Source of the DNA: Amphiscolops sp. MND2022
Taxonomy: Eukaryota
DNA: 64,000 nt
Direction of reading: 5' to 3'
NCBI GenBank assembly: GCA_964187785.1
Contig: OZ076409.1
Coordinates: 67,706,001-67,770,000 of the forward strand
Shown here: positions 12,564-24,085 of the stretch, in pieces
How positions within the stretch are numbered: the first letter of the stretch is position 1
How the letters are laid out: every line of letters starts with the position of its first letter
The notes under the pieces: model-generated
Databases searched by the model: none
What the model was told of the DNA's origin: nothing
The model's input: the letters and a program-made list of their open reading frames with translations, nothing else
Position numbers and translations under genes: made by a program

Positions 12564-15500
12564 TAATTTTGCCACGACTCCAAATATGTGACCGAATGTC
12601 GATACGACAATTTGTCATATCTGACACCTCCAACGTAACGTACAAACAATATTACAGTGACATCAATGGAACACCATCAGTTGTCTGGCAGCAACAGATG
12701 CAAAAAGCTTATATTAAAACGTACAAAATGGTCCACAACAACCGCCCAGACCGATACTACGACATGGACTATACTACAGCTTTTGAAACCATTCAGACCA
12801 CTTCAACAAATCGAAGGTTATGACCCTCACTACATTGATCCTGAATATGGAGTAGATCCATACTGGGACAATTCCTTCTATGACCAACGAAGATGGCAAG
12901 TCAAATGTGACGATTATCCACTAACAGATGATGAGAATGACCCCGAAATTCCAGATAACAATCTATCAAGGGCGCTCATCGAATTGTGGCAGCCTAATTC
13001 TGAAATCACCAATGATCAGGAGATAGAAGAACTAATTACTGAAAATGGACTCCAATCCGAATCAGGTCTAATAGACGAATCAGCCTTCTTACATGACCTA
13101 ATAACTAAAGAAGGAGAACCAGCGTATATACCTTTATCCACAAACCTTGGACTCAAATAAAAAAACGGATGCTATATTTCCTGATGGACTTTGGGGAACA
13201 AACAATAGACGGCCTCATAGACACTGGAGCTCTATCTAGTGCAATTCCAGAAGCGGACCTCATGAGAATACGCCTATTGGCGCCCCAATCCATAGTCAAG
13301 GAGGGACCGGCTCCAACATTTCAAATTATGGTCGCAAATGGACAATTGGAAACCCCAAAGAGCACTGTTGAACTCAAGTTCGATGTCAGAGACATTGAAT
13401 TCCATGAAATATTTATAGTAATGGAAAAACTGATTGGCCCTATCATAGGACTAATTTTCCTCCAAAGGAATCATACAGTCCTGGACATGCGACAAGGCAT
13501 ACTTAATTTCTCATACTTCTCCATGAAACTCAAACGGCTGACCATAAATACTCTAACGTCCTGGAACCTATTCTCAATCCAGACGATGTCACACTACCAC
13601 CCAATGACCGTACTCTAGTAGAGATCAAGTCACAAATCTACAATGAAAACACGGTCACAGGGGTGTTACAACCCAGTGATCTCCTCCACGAGGAAAGTGA
13701 TATCACATTTTGCGCCGCGATAGTCACGTTGACCAATGGAACCGTCAACATCCATATCAAAAACATCACAGATCAGCCTTACAAATTTAAGAAAGGTCTA
13801 CACATAGCAAACTTTTCAGTATTAACACCGGAACAAATGAAGCACGTTAAACCAATCGACCCGGTGTCCGCTTGGCCACTCCTCAATGAAAATGAGGAGG
13901 ATGCGATCTACTACGTCAGTAGTCTACTCAAGGCCAACTGAAACAATAATCAATACGAGCAATACTGGTTCCCAACACCAGAAAACCCAGGCGACGAAGA
14001 TTCCCACACACCCATACAACGACAAATTCTACAAGAATTACGAAATCATCAAGAAGCTGAACGATTGAACCCCCAAAATGATGAAGAATCACGCCGTAAA
14101 TTTCTTAGCAATTTCGATTGGAAAGACTACATGCTGCAACAACATGAAATTAAAAAGATCGAATCGCCCCTAGTCGAATACCACGATATATTTGCAAGAC
14201 ACAAATTTGATATCGGGATGAACGAAGAACTCTCGGTCAAACTGACCCCTAAAGACAGTTCGCCTGCTTATTGCCAGTCAATTTAAAGGAGGACATACTT
14301 GTCGAGGTGGCCCTCTTACCAAAATATGGCATTATAACCACACTGCCATTTTCCAAAAATGCCAACCCCATATTCGCACAGAAAAAAAACCGAATGGGAA
14401 GCTAAGACTATTAGTCGATCTGAGGAAAATTAATAACCTCATCTCGGATGATTACATAAATAACAACCACCCAGTTAGCACCCTAACGGACGCTGCGCAA
14501 CTTATGGCAGGAAAGAAACAATTCTGTAAACTTGACTGTTCACAGGCATATCACTGCCTTCCAATGGCGGACCAAAGGTCCATTGAGATGCTTGCGTTCA
14601 AATTTGCAAGCCGTACCTTTGCCTACAGAAGACTCGCCCAGGGCCTCAGCAGAGCATTATCGGCATTTTCCACCTTTATGCAAGAATACCTTGATAAAGT
14701 TATCAAAGCTGACCAATGTGCCCAATACGTGGACGACATAGGCATAGCTGCTAACGATGCCAATCACCTTATAACAAACCTGAAAGCGACATTCGAATGC
14801 ATCAGGAAAGCGGGACTCAAGCTAACAATGCATAAATGCCACTCCGGGGCGACGGAAATTGAATTTCTAGGGAGAACAATTACTCCTGAGGGCGTCAAAC
14901 CACAAAAGGAGAGAATAACAAATTTCCTAGAACAAACCAAATTCCCAAAATCCAAAAAAGCACCGTGTAGTGACTACAGCGATACCTTGCATTCCTGAAT
15001 TATTACAGGAACCACATCCGAAGCTATCTGAAAAACTAGCCCTTTTCTTCCAACTCCTCAAAAAGAACGAAAAGTTCCTAGTGACTACGGAGCTAGTACA
15101 ACAATTTAACGAAATCAATCGAAAACTTGACAAATGTAGCCAATTGGCCCTTAAACAACAACTACCGAACAAGCAACTAGTCCTCATGACTGATGCTAGC
15201 TTCACAGCGGCTGGCTATGCCATACTCACCGAGAACAACCCAAATCAAAAATTATCATCTGTCAAAAAATCATACGCTCCAATTGCATATGGTTCAAAGA
15301 CCTTTACGTCATCGCAACTCAAAATGTCAATATACGCCAAGGAATTCTTAGCGACTTACTATGCATTCAAAGAATTTGGACATATTTTTTGGGGAGCGCC
15401 CAAACCGATCACTATCCTTACCGACAACAAATCGGTCACGAGATTCTTTCAGACGAAAATAATTCCTTCGACGCTCTGGAACGCATGTGACTATGTAATA

Positions 15501-17823
15501 CAATTCAACTTTGTCATAGCACATAATCCAGGGAAAAACAATACAGCAGCCGACTACTTATCCCGCATGAAAATGGACTCCAAAGAGAAACTAGTCCTAA
15601 AAATCCGCGAAGATATAGAGACTAAACCCATTGAGGTAAACGTCCAATCGGCAGGCGTGGCAGAAGAGGAACAGGTTTCCTTCACGGAACACGATGATGA
15701 GACAGCAGCCCAAATTTGGGAACGTAAGAAACAAAGCCGTAATAACCTGATCGACCAGGAAGTCGTAATTCAAATTGACGCAATATCCGAAAACATAGTA
15801 GATGAAATCACAAACTTTACCCAAAAATTGCGCAGAACGAATCAAATTTTGCTCGAACAATCCAAAGACCCTATACTGAGCCAACTCAAAGCCAAAATTC
15901 AGAACGAAGATTATTCTGAAGAAATACTCCAGCAAGATATTCGATACAAACGAACAAACCTTAACAATTTGGACCGAATAGTCCTCAAAGACGGAATAGC
16001 CACACAACAGTACTATGATGAAACTGGTTAAGTCAAATATCACCAAATACTCCTACCAAAGCATCGGCTAAAAGAGCTTTTTACGCATTGCATGGAACCA
16101 ACCGCGCACAAGCATCCTGGCATATCTAACATGTTACAGGAAATTCGCCAGAATTATTACTACCCCGGAGTAGCAAAACATGTCAAAAAATGGGTAGAGG
16201 GATGCGAAACTTGTGCGAAAGACAAACGTGTCCCAAACAACTCAATAACGCCTGAATTGCTAAACTTGCCCGAATGGGACCTCGGACCAGAGGATGCAAG
16301 AGGATGCAATGCAAATTGACTTATTACCAAATCTACCGATAAGTGGAGGCTACCAAACCGTGATGACGGCGATAGATGTTTTCTGTAGATATCTGTTTGC
16401 CTACCCGTTAGTGGAAGCTACCGCTTCGAACACGGCAAAAGTCTTGATCGACATCATGACAAAACACACATATCTGCCAACTACACTCATCGCTGACAAA
16501 GGAACTGCTTTCACGTCAAAAATCTTTGCAGAAATAGAAGAAATCCTCGGAATTACACCGAAATGCGCAAATACTAAACACCCGCAAACGATTGGCAAAC
16601 TTGAAAGGACTCATGCCTCACTCAAAATAAATTTAAAATGGCCTCAGGGGAATATCGCCGACAGCGGCATAAATACTTACCACTGGCTGTACTCAACTAC
16701 AATACTACTTACCACTCTAGTATTGGTTGTGAGCCAAGTAAGGTTTTCCATGGACGGATTCTGTATAACGTCCTAGATAATAAACTTGGAAATAATCCAA
16801 ACAACGATTTCTTGCCTACGACGGAATTCGCGGAAGAATTACAACAGAGAACGCAAATTCTCATTGACAAACCGAAGCATAAAATTATGCAGTCATACCT
16901 GAAATACAAAGAGTATTGCGACAGAAAAGCCAAAGCAGCTCCTCTCAGTGAACAAGATATTTGTTTTATTTTGCAGCCTAAAGCAGATACTCAAGGATCA
17001 AAAAAAACGTTCAGGGAATACCGCTGGATTTCGAATTGAAAAAACTGGTCCTTATCGAATTGAAATAGTATTACCTATTGAAAATTACATTGTTCGTCGG
17101 TTAAAAACGAACAAAACGCAGATATTATACCGAATCCGTCTAAAAAAAATTGTTCCAAATACACCCTTAGAGGACAAATATTCCAAAGAGAAATTGCAAC
17201 CTGATGATGAAATAATCATTCCGCAAGATGATTTATATACCATCGCATGGGAGGCAGACTTTGATTACCAAGTCTCCGAGCCGAGACGGGACGAAAACAC
17301 GAATGAAGAATCACAAATACCAGACAGCGATGCTAGTGATACCACTAGTGATTACGTCATTTATGGCAACGCTGATGACGTCCCGATAAAGCCGGGAACT
17401 GCAACTAGCCGAGACGGCATAGTCACGCGAAACGCAAATGACGTCACCGAAACGAATGAACGAACCAATATGAATGAAAATGAAGCGAGACCACATACGG
17501 CCAATAGCCGAGACGCGCCTATATTGCATGACGACGATGATGTAGACGACAACACTGCAAAGAATACGCAAAGCAGCGAAATCAAAAGACCGAATACGGC
17601 CACTGGCCAACAAGACCAAAATTCTGGCGACACGCCTACCGAATTGCACAATGAAACTGATGAAAGTAAAAATATTCTCCAAAAAAAGGGAGAAAAATCC
17701 CGTGCCCGGAATAGCGAATGATGCAATGAAAGAAAAAATAGAGGAAAACTCTAGCCCTAGAGGAGGGAAAACAACCTTCGACCTAACCCTAACCCCAACT
17801 ATACTGACGAAAACAGATACTAG
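12563..17823 (+). pseudogene. pol: pol: aspartic protease, dUTPase-like fold, RT, RNase H, integrase; multiply disrupted
   Basis: LIDTGALSS (PR), KLDCSQAYH and YVDDIGI (RT), MTDAS/KEFLA/TDNK (RH), H..HPG..CETC, QIDLL, ADKGTAF, KLERTH (IN); many stops and frameshifts; C-terminus NLRPNPNPNYTDENRY*. Confidence 0.93.
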
Positions 17824-18007
17824 TCAGAAATGTAAATTAAGTCCCCTCACTGCTTGGCCTAAGAAGGCATGTTTTTTCAATGGGACTACTCTGACCCCTT
17901 TTACTGGATAGACTAACTACATAAATACATAAACAGAATAAATATAAAGCAAAGAAAACAAATTTACAAAAGACAAGTCTAGAGTGGCAAAAGTACAATA
18001 TGTACAA

Positions 18008-21000
18008 TTAGTCTTTAGCTGAGCCCTCTCGTAGCTCTTGTACTGTTTTCGATAGTTCATCGGCAGGGAGATCGCCGAAATAAGCAAGCTTCTGTGCTTG
18101 GCCTGCAGCCCAATTAGTTTTCCGATTGGCAGTAGTAGATACAGAGGATGAGCGTGACGCAGAACTGACACCAACAACAGGAACACTTTTCAAGCTTTTA
18201 AAAGAACTGGTAAGATTCTTCAAGAATTCAGCACGGCCAAACATGTCAGCATGGACCCAAGGATCCCCAGCGAACTGCCTGGAACTGAACTGTCCCTCTA
18301 ACTCACGATACTGGGCCAAGGCGGACTCTGTTGTACATGTGGCAATAGCATCTGGGCAATTAGACAACTTTGACTGTGCGGGCAAACTCACTGCAGAAAG
18401 TCGACAACTGGAGCTAGAAGTATCGTCATCATGGAACTTGATGGCAGGAAGTTCTTGATGGGCCTCAGTGATGCAGAGACAGCACAACCGGAAGAGATGA
18501 AAAAGTCTTGAACGGCTACGGAATGAAGGCATGGGAATAAGGAAGTCTAGCCTATCAGCAATTGTGTTGGGAGCATTCTTGACTGTACCACAGGTGTTCC
18601 TGAAACTATCGATGAACTCAAAGTACTCTTCCCGGTAGTCAGTTTTGGCAGTTATGTCCACCCAACCACGATGGTGAAAGCTATCATACAAAGCGTTGAA
18701 GCAAAAGAGGTAGCCTGTTCTAAAGGCAAAGAGAGCAACACATGTGGGTCGATGCAACCCATTCCATGTATAATGTCAGCAGTAAAATGTATGTCTTCCA
18801 ACAAGGCCTCCAACAGGGAGACAATGTAGGCGCGTGCTTCTGTTCCAAATTTTTCCCTCTCCTTAGTGACTAACTCTTCTAGGCTAAGAGTAGTGGCCTT
18901 GTCAGCAGGGAAACGCTTCACTTTAGCCTGGCAAGCAGCATCGAGGTCAACAGTCAGTTTAAGTTGGCTCAAGAAATCGCGGCAAGATATCTGTCTCAGG
19001 TCGTCAGAGCACAACTGGAGTAATTTCGTCCACTCAACGTCTCCGGGGTTGTACTTGGGCAAAATAGCTCGGTGGCATTATTTCCTGACGAAACGGCAAT
19101 ATTGTCCGTAAACAAAGAGTGCTGAGTCTCGTGGTTTAGACAGGCTTCGCTCAAAGCATTTCGTATCTAAACAAACGAAGTCAAGAATGGGACGTGACAT
19201 GCGACAACCTAGTAAAGTCTCCTACTTTCTCAATGACTAATAATAGTTACGATCAAGTTCCATTATCGAAGGAAAAGCGACAACTAGGGCATAGCTTTGA
19301 AACGAAAGAAAATGACTAACAATCACGGACTAAAAGAGACAGAAGTTCCAATTTGGCAGTGAACAGATTGTCCTGGATGATTACTCACTCCAGGCTCTGC
19401 GGCTACAAGGAAGAGATTGTATGAGGAGAACTGGGGTGACGAAAAAAACTATCTTATTTGAGAGATGACTTTAAATAAAACTAAATGGACCAACAGGATA
19501 TTTATACCTTATTCCTGACCCCTTGCATCTTGAGTTGGTGCCAATTTCGTCAGATAGTCATGGATGCTCGTCCAGTTCTTTATGAATTCCGCACAAATTG
19601 CAGGAACCTTCTTCAGATCAATGTCGCAAGCTGCTGAAGCCTACAAATGAATAGTCCTTGTAGTCACGTTATATACTAGAAAGCCCGGGGACTTATGGGC
19701 TATAATGTGAGTAAGAAAAATGATATTTAGAAAAAAGACGACCTAATAGAAATCCAACTTGGACTAACCTTGCATAACTCAGGACATTGTGGGGCCCATG
19801 GCTGACTTGGACTACCGCGGGGGAAGACGACTAAGTATTTCAGCAGAGAGAACATGTCAGTGCAACCAAAGACATGACTGGTCTGAAGGGAGTTCGGGTG
19901 CATGAGGTCAGGCATGGAAAACGCTTCAAACCGAAAAGGATACTGGATTCAGTATTCATACAGCTTGGAGGTCTCAAGGGCTTGGAACACCATAGAAGAA
20001 CAGCCAGAAATGGTGACTAAGTTCGGTTTGGAGGAAACGAAGGACAACAGACAAGAAATGGCGGACAAGTAACAATCGGGGTATGCATCAGACTGCTGAT
20101 GTCTGTGAAGTTCTACACGGACGAGTGAGCCCCCTCTCCAAAAGCGGATTGACATACAGCGGTAAGTGTCGACTGTGGTGAACTCAATGGAGTACATGCC
20201 AGTAGCGATGACATGGCTAGAGATGTCAGCAAGTCCCCGAATGAAAAAATGGTGGATGACGTTCTGAAATGAAACCGAATAGTTGAAGAAGTTTAGCGGT
20301 GACCGACAAAACGGGCCTGTTTTCAATTATGTGCTACAATGCTACTTACGGTCAAACTAGCAGATCCCCAGTCGAAAGAGGAGAATAGGGCTTGATGATT
20401 GGTGAACACACCGATTCTTGTCCATAAACTCTGCAAGGGCAAGAGGTTGCCATCTTTTGGCACGAACGTTCCAATCAAGGAAATTAAAGTGCTCGTCCGC
20501 AAGTCACTGGGGTTTGTAATTCCCCCTATGCTGGCCATGTAATCCTCGTAGAATGGATAACGATCTGCGTCGATGAGTGGGGTGTCCCTGACGAAGAAGG
20601 GTTTCTCCCTTTCCAGCTCGAAAGGCGTAAGGACGTTACCGTCCTTCTCCCTAACTTGGTGTGTGACGACTCCAGTGATGCTGTCTGTCTCTTGCAGATG
20701 GACACAGCGCAATTTTTGGTCCTTTCGCAGATGCCCTTCTTTCTTGTAATGGCGTAGAATCTCCCTTGCCCCTTTCGAATAAATGGACACGTTAGTTTCG
20801 CTTAGCATGCAGTAGAACTTGATTTTGTTATGGATTGGGTGTACTGGTCCAGTTACAAAAGTCCGGGTCCATTGGATGCCCTTGAAGTATGCATCCTTCA
20901 TAACTTTCCCTGGCTTGCACAATAACTTTCTTCTTTTTCGCGGAGGACTTGGTTGCGCTGTCTCTGCCTCTCTAGAACGGCCTAGGGTAGACAGTGGTTG

Positions 21001-22067
21001 GTAGTCAGTGCTGCTATATTCACTGCCTGATGTAGAAGTGGCATTATTAGCACGGGACGTGCTGGGCCGAATTCCCAAACTTACTGCTGGCGTGAGCGGT
21101 AAAGGGTCCGTTTCACTAACCACATCAGTACAAGAGATTGATCCAAGTTGATAGGGTCCTCATCAGAATATATGGCCCCGCTCGTATAGCCGTCACTCAC
21201 GTTCCCTGCTTGACTGTCTTCTTCTCCCGAACATTTAGTGAGATGGCGGGCGGGCGTAGGACACGCCTGGGCATTTTCCTTTTTTTTGTCCTGGGAGGTC
21301 CCCGTTAAGGCTTGCAACAGGAGAGATTTCATCATATGATATGAGGAAAGAGCACTTTCATCGGCGACTGTTCTGAGGATGGCTTGCATCTGTTCCTGGT
21401 TGAATGCGACGGTAGGGTGCCCAACTGGTAATCGGATGGGTGTAGCGGCGGTATAAAACTTAAAAATAATGGTCCGTTCTTTGGCCGACAACTGCCTCTC
21501 GTAGGTTTCAAGCTTAGCTCGATAGGCTTCTTGCTCCTCATGGCTGTGGCCAGACTCAAGGTGTAATTCCCACTCAATGTCCGGGAAATTTTCAGGATCC
21601 AAAGTAACAATATGGGAAATGGGAGAAAAAGCCACGACTCCGGAACTGTCCAATAGTTCCTCAGCATCAGTCGTGTCACCATAGAGTGGTGCAGCCTCTT
21701 CCTGGGAGGTGGTCTCTTCCTTGTCATCGAGTCCAGCTGGGCCAATTGATTGACTAGGTGTAATGGTGATGGCTTCTGAGACTGATGCCTTCTGAAAAAT
21801 AAAGGTCATAGTGGACGAATGGGCTATTGCTCCTTCACGAACAGGTAGGACGACAGTAGATTCTGGCTCGGGCAAATTCATTGCTGTGACTGTCCTTTCA
21901 ATAAAAGCAGTGACGCTCTCATCTGTGGATCGGCTACCATTAGAAGCCTGCGAGGTTGGACGAGGAGGGTCTGCAATGTTTGTAGGCTCGACATGCTCAG
22001 TGTTATCTTTATTGGGATTATCGATTGAGGGAATAGTGGATTCTGACAAATCCTTCTTAGACGACAT
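18008..22067 (-). pseudogene. Antisense spliced accessory gene inside the Gypsy element; zinc-finger plus hAT-transposase-like layout
   Basis: Long minus-strand ORFs (21081-22232, 20323-21123, 19949-20326, 19727-19915, 18652-19062, 18008-18757) linked by frameshifts and GT-AG introns (20349-20264, 19768-19641, more sites in 19168-19507); FYCMLSETNVSIYSKGAREILRHYKKEGH finger-like motif. Family assignment is by eye. Confidence 0.65.
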
Positions 22068-23263
22068 TCCTAAACAGAAGGAAAGAAATGTTTGCGGCAA
22101 CTTCCTGAAAATGTGTCCATGAAAACGGCAGTAAAGTCTTCCGGAAGTGAAAAAATGAAAGCAATATTGAAATCGTTTAGTGGAAGGGACAAGAAGTACG
22201 TGAACGAGAGGAAGAGCCTTGATCAAGCTCATTTCCGTTCAAAGGTAAAAGACCAGATACCTTACTTATGATATTTGTCCAATTGGAGATTGAGCGAGAA
22301 TGGAAGATCGTTCCAGCTGGAATGGCAGTTTTTGATGATTCCAAAGAGATCAGAGCACAATGGTAGAGTGTCCGAACAGCTCCGGATCAGGAAAAGGCAG
22401 AGAAGGACGAATACTAAATTTAAGTCCAATCCAAGGGAAGAACCGGTGCTGGCCCAATGGGGAGACAGTAAACTAAGTCGGAAATGACAGAAGAAATTAA
22501 AAGTTCGCTGATGAACTGAGAATAAAGAAATCAAACTAAAAGACTGACTGTAATACTAAATAAACAATGGATAAATACGGAAGCGATTATTGTAACGAAC
22601 TGACATTTTGAAGAATTGAGAAGTGACTGCTGAAGCAAAAGTAGGAGTTCGTGGCAAACTGGATTTGATGTCAAACATTTATACAATTATGGATATTTTT
22701 TTGTGGATGGAATCTGCCAGAGAAATCCACAGAGGTATCTTCGAAAACCTTATTTTATCATGAATTTATTATTTTACAATTATTTTAATTTCTTAAAATC
22801 CCTTATTTGGAATATTAATATTTCGTCCGCCAATGTGGAATGCGGACAGCGTTGGCGATTCTGATTGGCTATCGCGGCGATGAGCCGCGCGTAGCCTTAA
22901 GTCTTGGATATTACCTCTTAAAAGTCTCAAGTGGGTGACGAGTGTTGATAAACACCTGAAGATGTCAATGATGCCTCCTTGCAGCATTAGGCAAATGACT
23001 GAAGTGATGGTGTAAACAAAGCAGGTTATTGGAATCGTCAAAGAATGTTTAGGAGAATTTATCAATGAAACGATCGCCGGGACAGATGAAACCCCGGGAA
23101 AGAATCACGGGGTTTGAAAATATTTCAGACGAACTCAAAAAAGAAAAGTTATCATTCTTTTTCCTAAAACGTTCAAGAACAGTCGACTAACAAAGCTTGA
23201 AAATTCCAAAACCTATTTCAATTTCTTATAAAAATTGCTAAGAAATTCATAAAAGCTAAAGTC

Positions 23264-24085
23264 ATGGCGGCCCTATATCCAGAAGACTTCCAAGGCGCAG
23301 CACCCCTGGGTCACGACATCACTGTTATATCTAGTGACGAAGATGAACCAGTGGACAACTTGAGTCTAACATCAGTGTTTGACTTGCAATTTTCGTCGGA
23401 AGATGAAGCAGAGGACAAGGAAATCAACCTTATGGCCAGATGTGTTGAGATGGAGATGTCAGCGCCCATCCCCATCCCAGGACCGTCTTCGTGATGAAGA
23501 CCAATGAAGAAGTTGTCCCTGTTGGGCTACCCAAACACGAAATACGGACGAGGCCAATTACTAGGAAAAGGAAATGGGCCTATCTCCAGGGACGACAGAC
23601 TCACAAATGGACACCCAATTACCCTAAGCAGAAATTTGGTCCCAATTGTAGATACAATCATGTCCCCTCCGCCGCAAGATAGGCAACCAGCCCAACAATT
23701 TTGCTCAACAATGTATTGTGACGCCCATGGCTATCAACGCCAAAGGCCTCAGCAAAATTTGGATTCGATCACAAAACGTTTTCAAGGAATGGAACTAGCT
23801 GGGACTAACTCCCTATCTGGTTATTCGGACTGTGTGATATGTGGTAAATCTGTTTAACAGATAAAAGACGAAGCAGTCATCGACTATATGCACAAAGCAG
23901 CGATCCCTAATGAGTCTCCACAACAATTCAACGCAAGACGAAGGGCCTTCTTAAAAGGAATGGAAATTGGAGCTTTTCTTTTGCTCCCAGGGGGAGTGTC
24001 GCAGGCTGCCGCTTGCGATGTCAACTTCTATACAATCGACGCAAGCAGACAAAGCGCCCTACTCGGCACAATGCCATTACAATAA
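23264..24085 (+). pseudogene. Sense accessory ORF of the Gypsy element overlapping PPT and U3
   Basis: ATG in gtcATGG context; acidic N-terminus (ISSDEDE, SSEDEAEDKE), CVIC motif; fragments 23264-23494, 23504-23857, 23888-24085, the last two in frame across one TAA; stop lies 89 nt inside the 3' LTR. Confidence 0.6.
23989..23996 (+). promoter_or_regulatory. Polypurine tract
   Basis: AGGGGGAG immediately before the TG of the 3' LTR. Confidence 0.8.

Larger units (their letters stand above)
10875..12566 (+). pseudogene. gag: gag, initiating inside the 5' LTR; in-frame stops and frameshifts
   Basis: ORF 10875-11462 is in frame with 11562-11795 (capsid-like FDGKTEKFELFEDLF); two degenerate CCHC knuckles (YCKAEDHFWKNC, TCSKTNHPAENC); stop at 12564-12566. 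Confidence 0.85.

Noticed and set aside
17900..23990. env gene in the usual post-pol position
   Set aside because: No sense ORF with signal peptide, furin site and TM anchor is visible.
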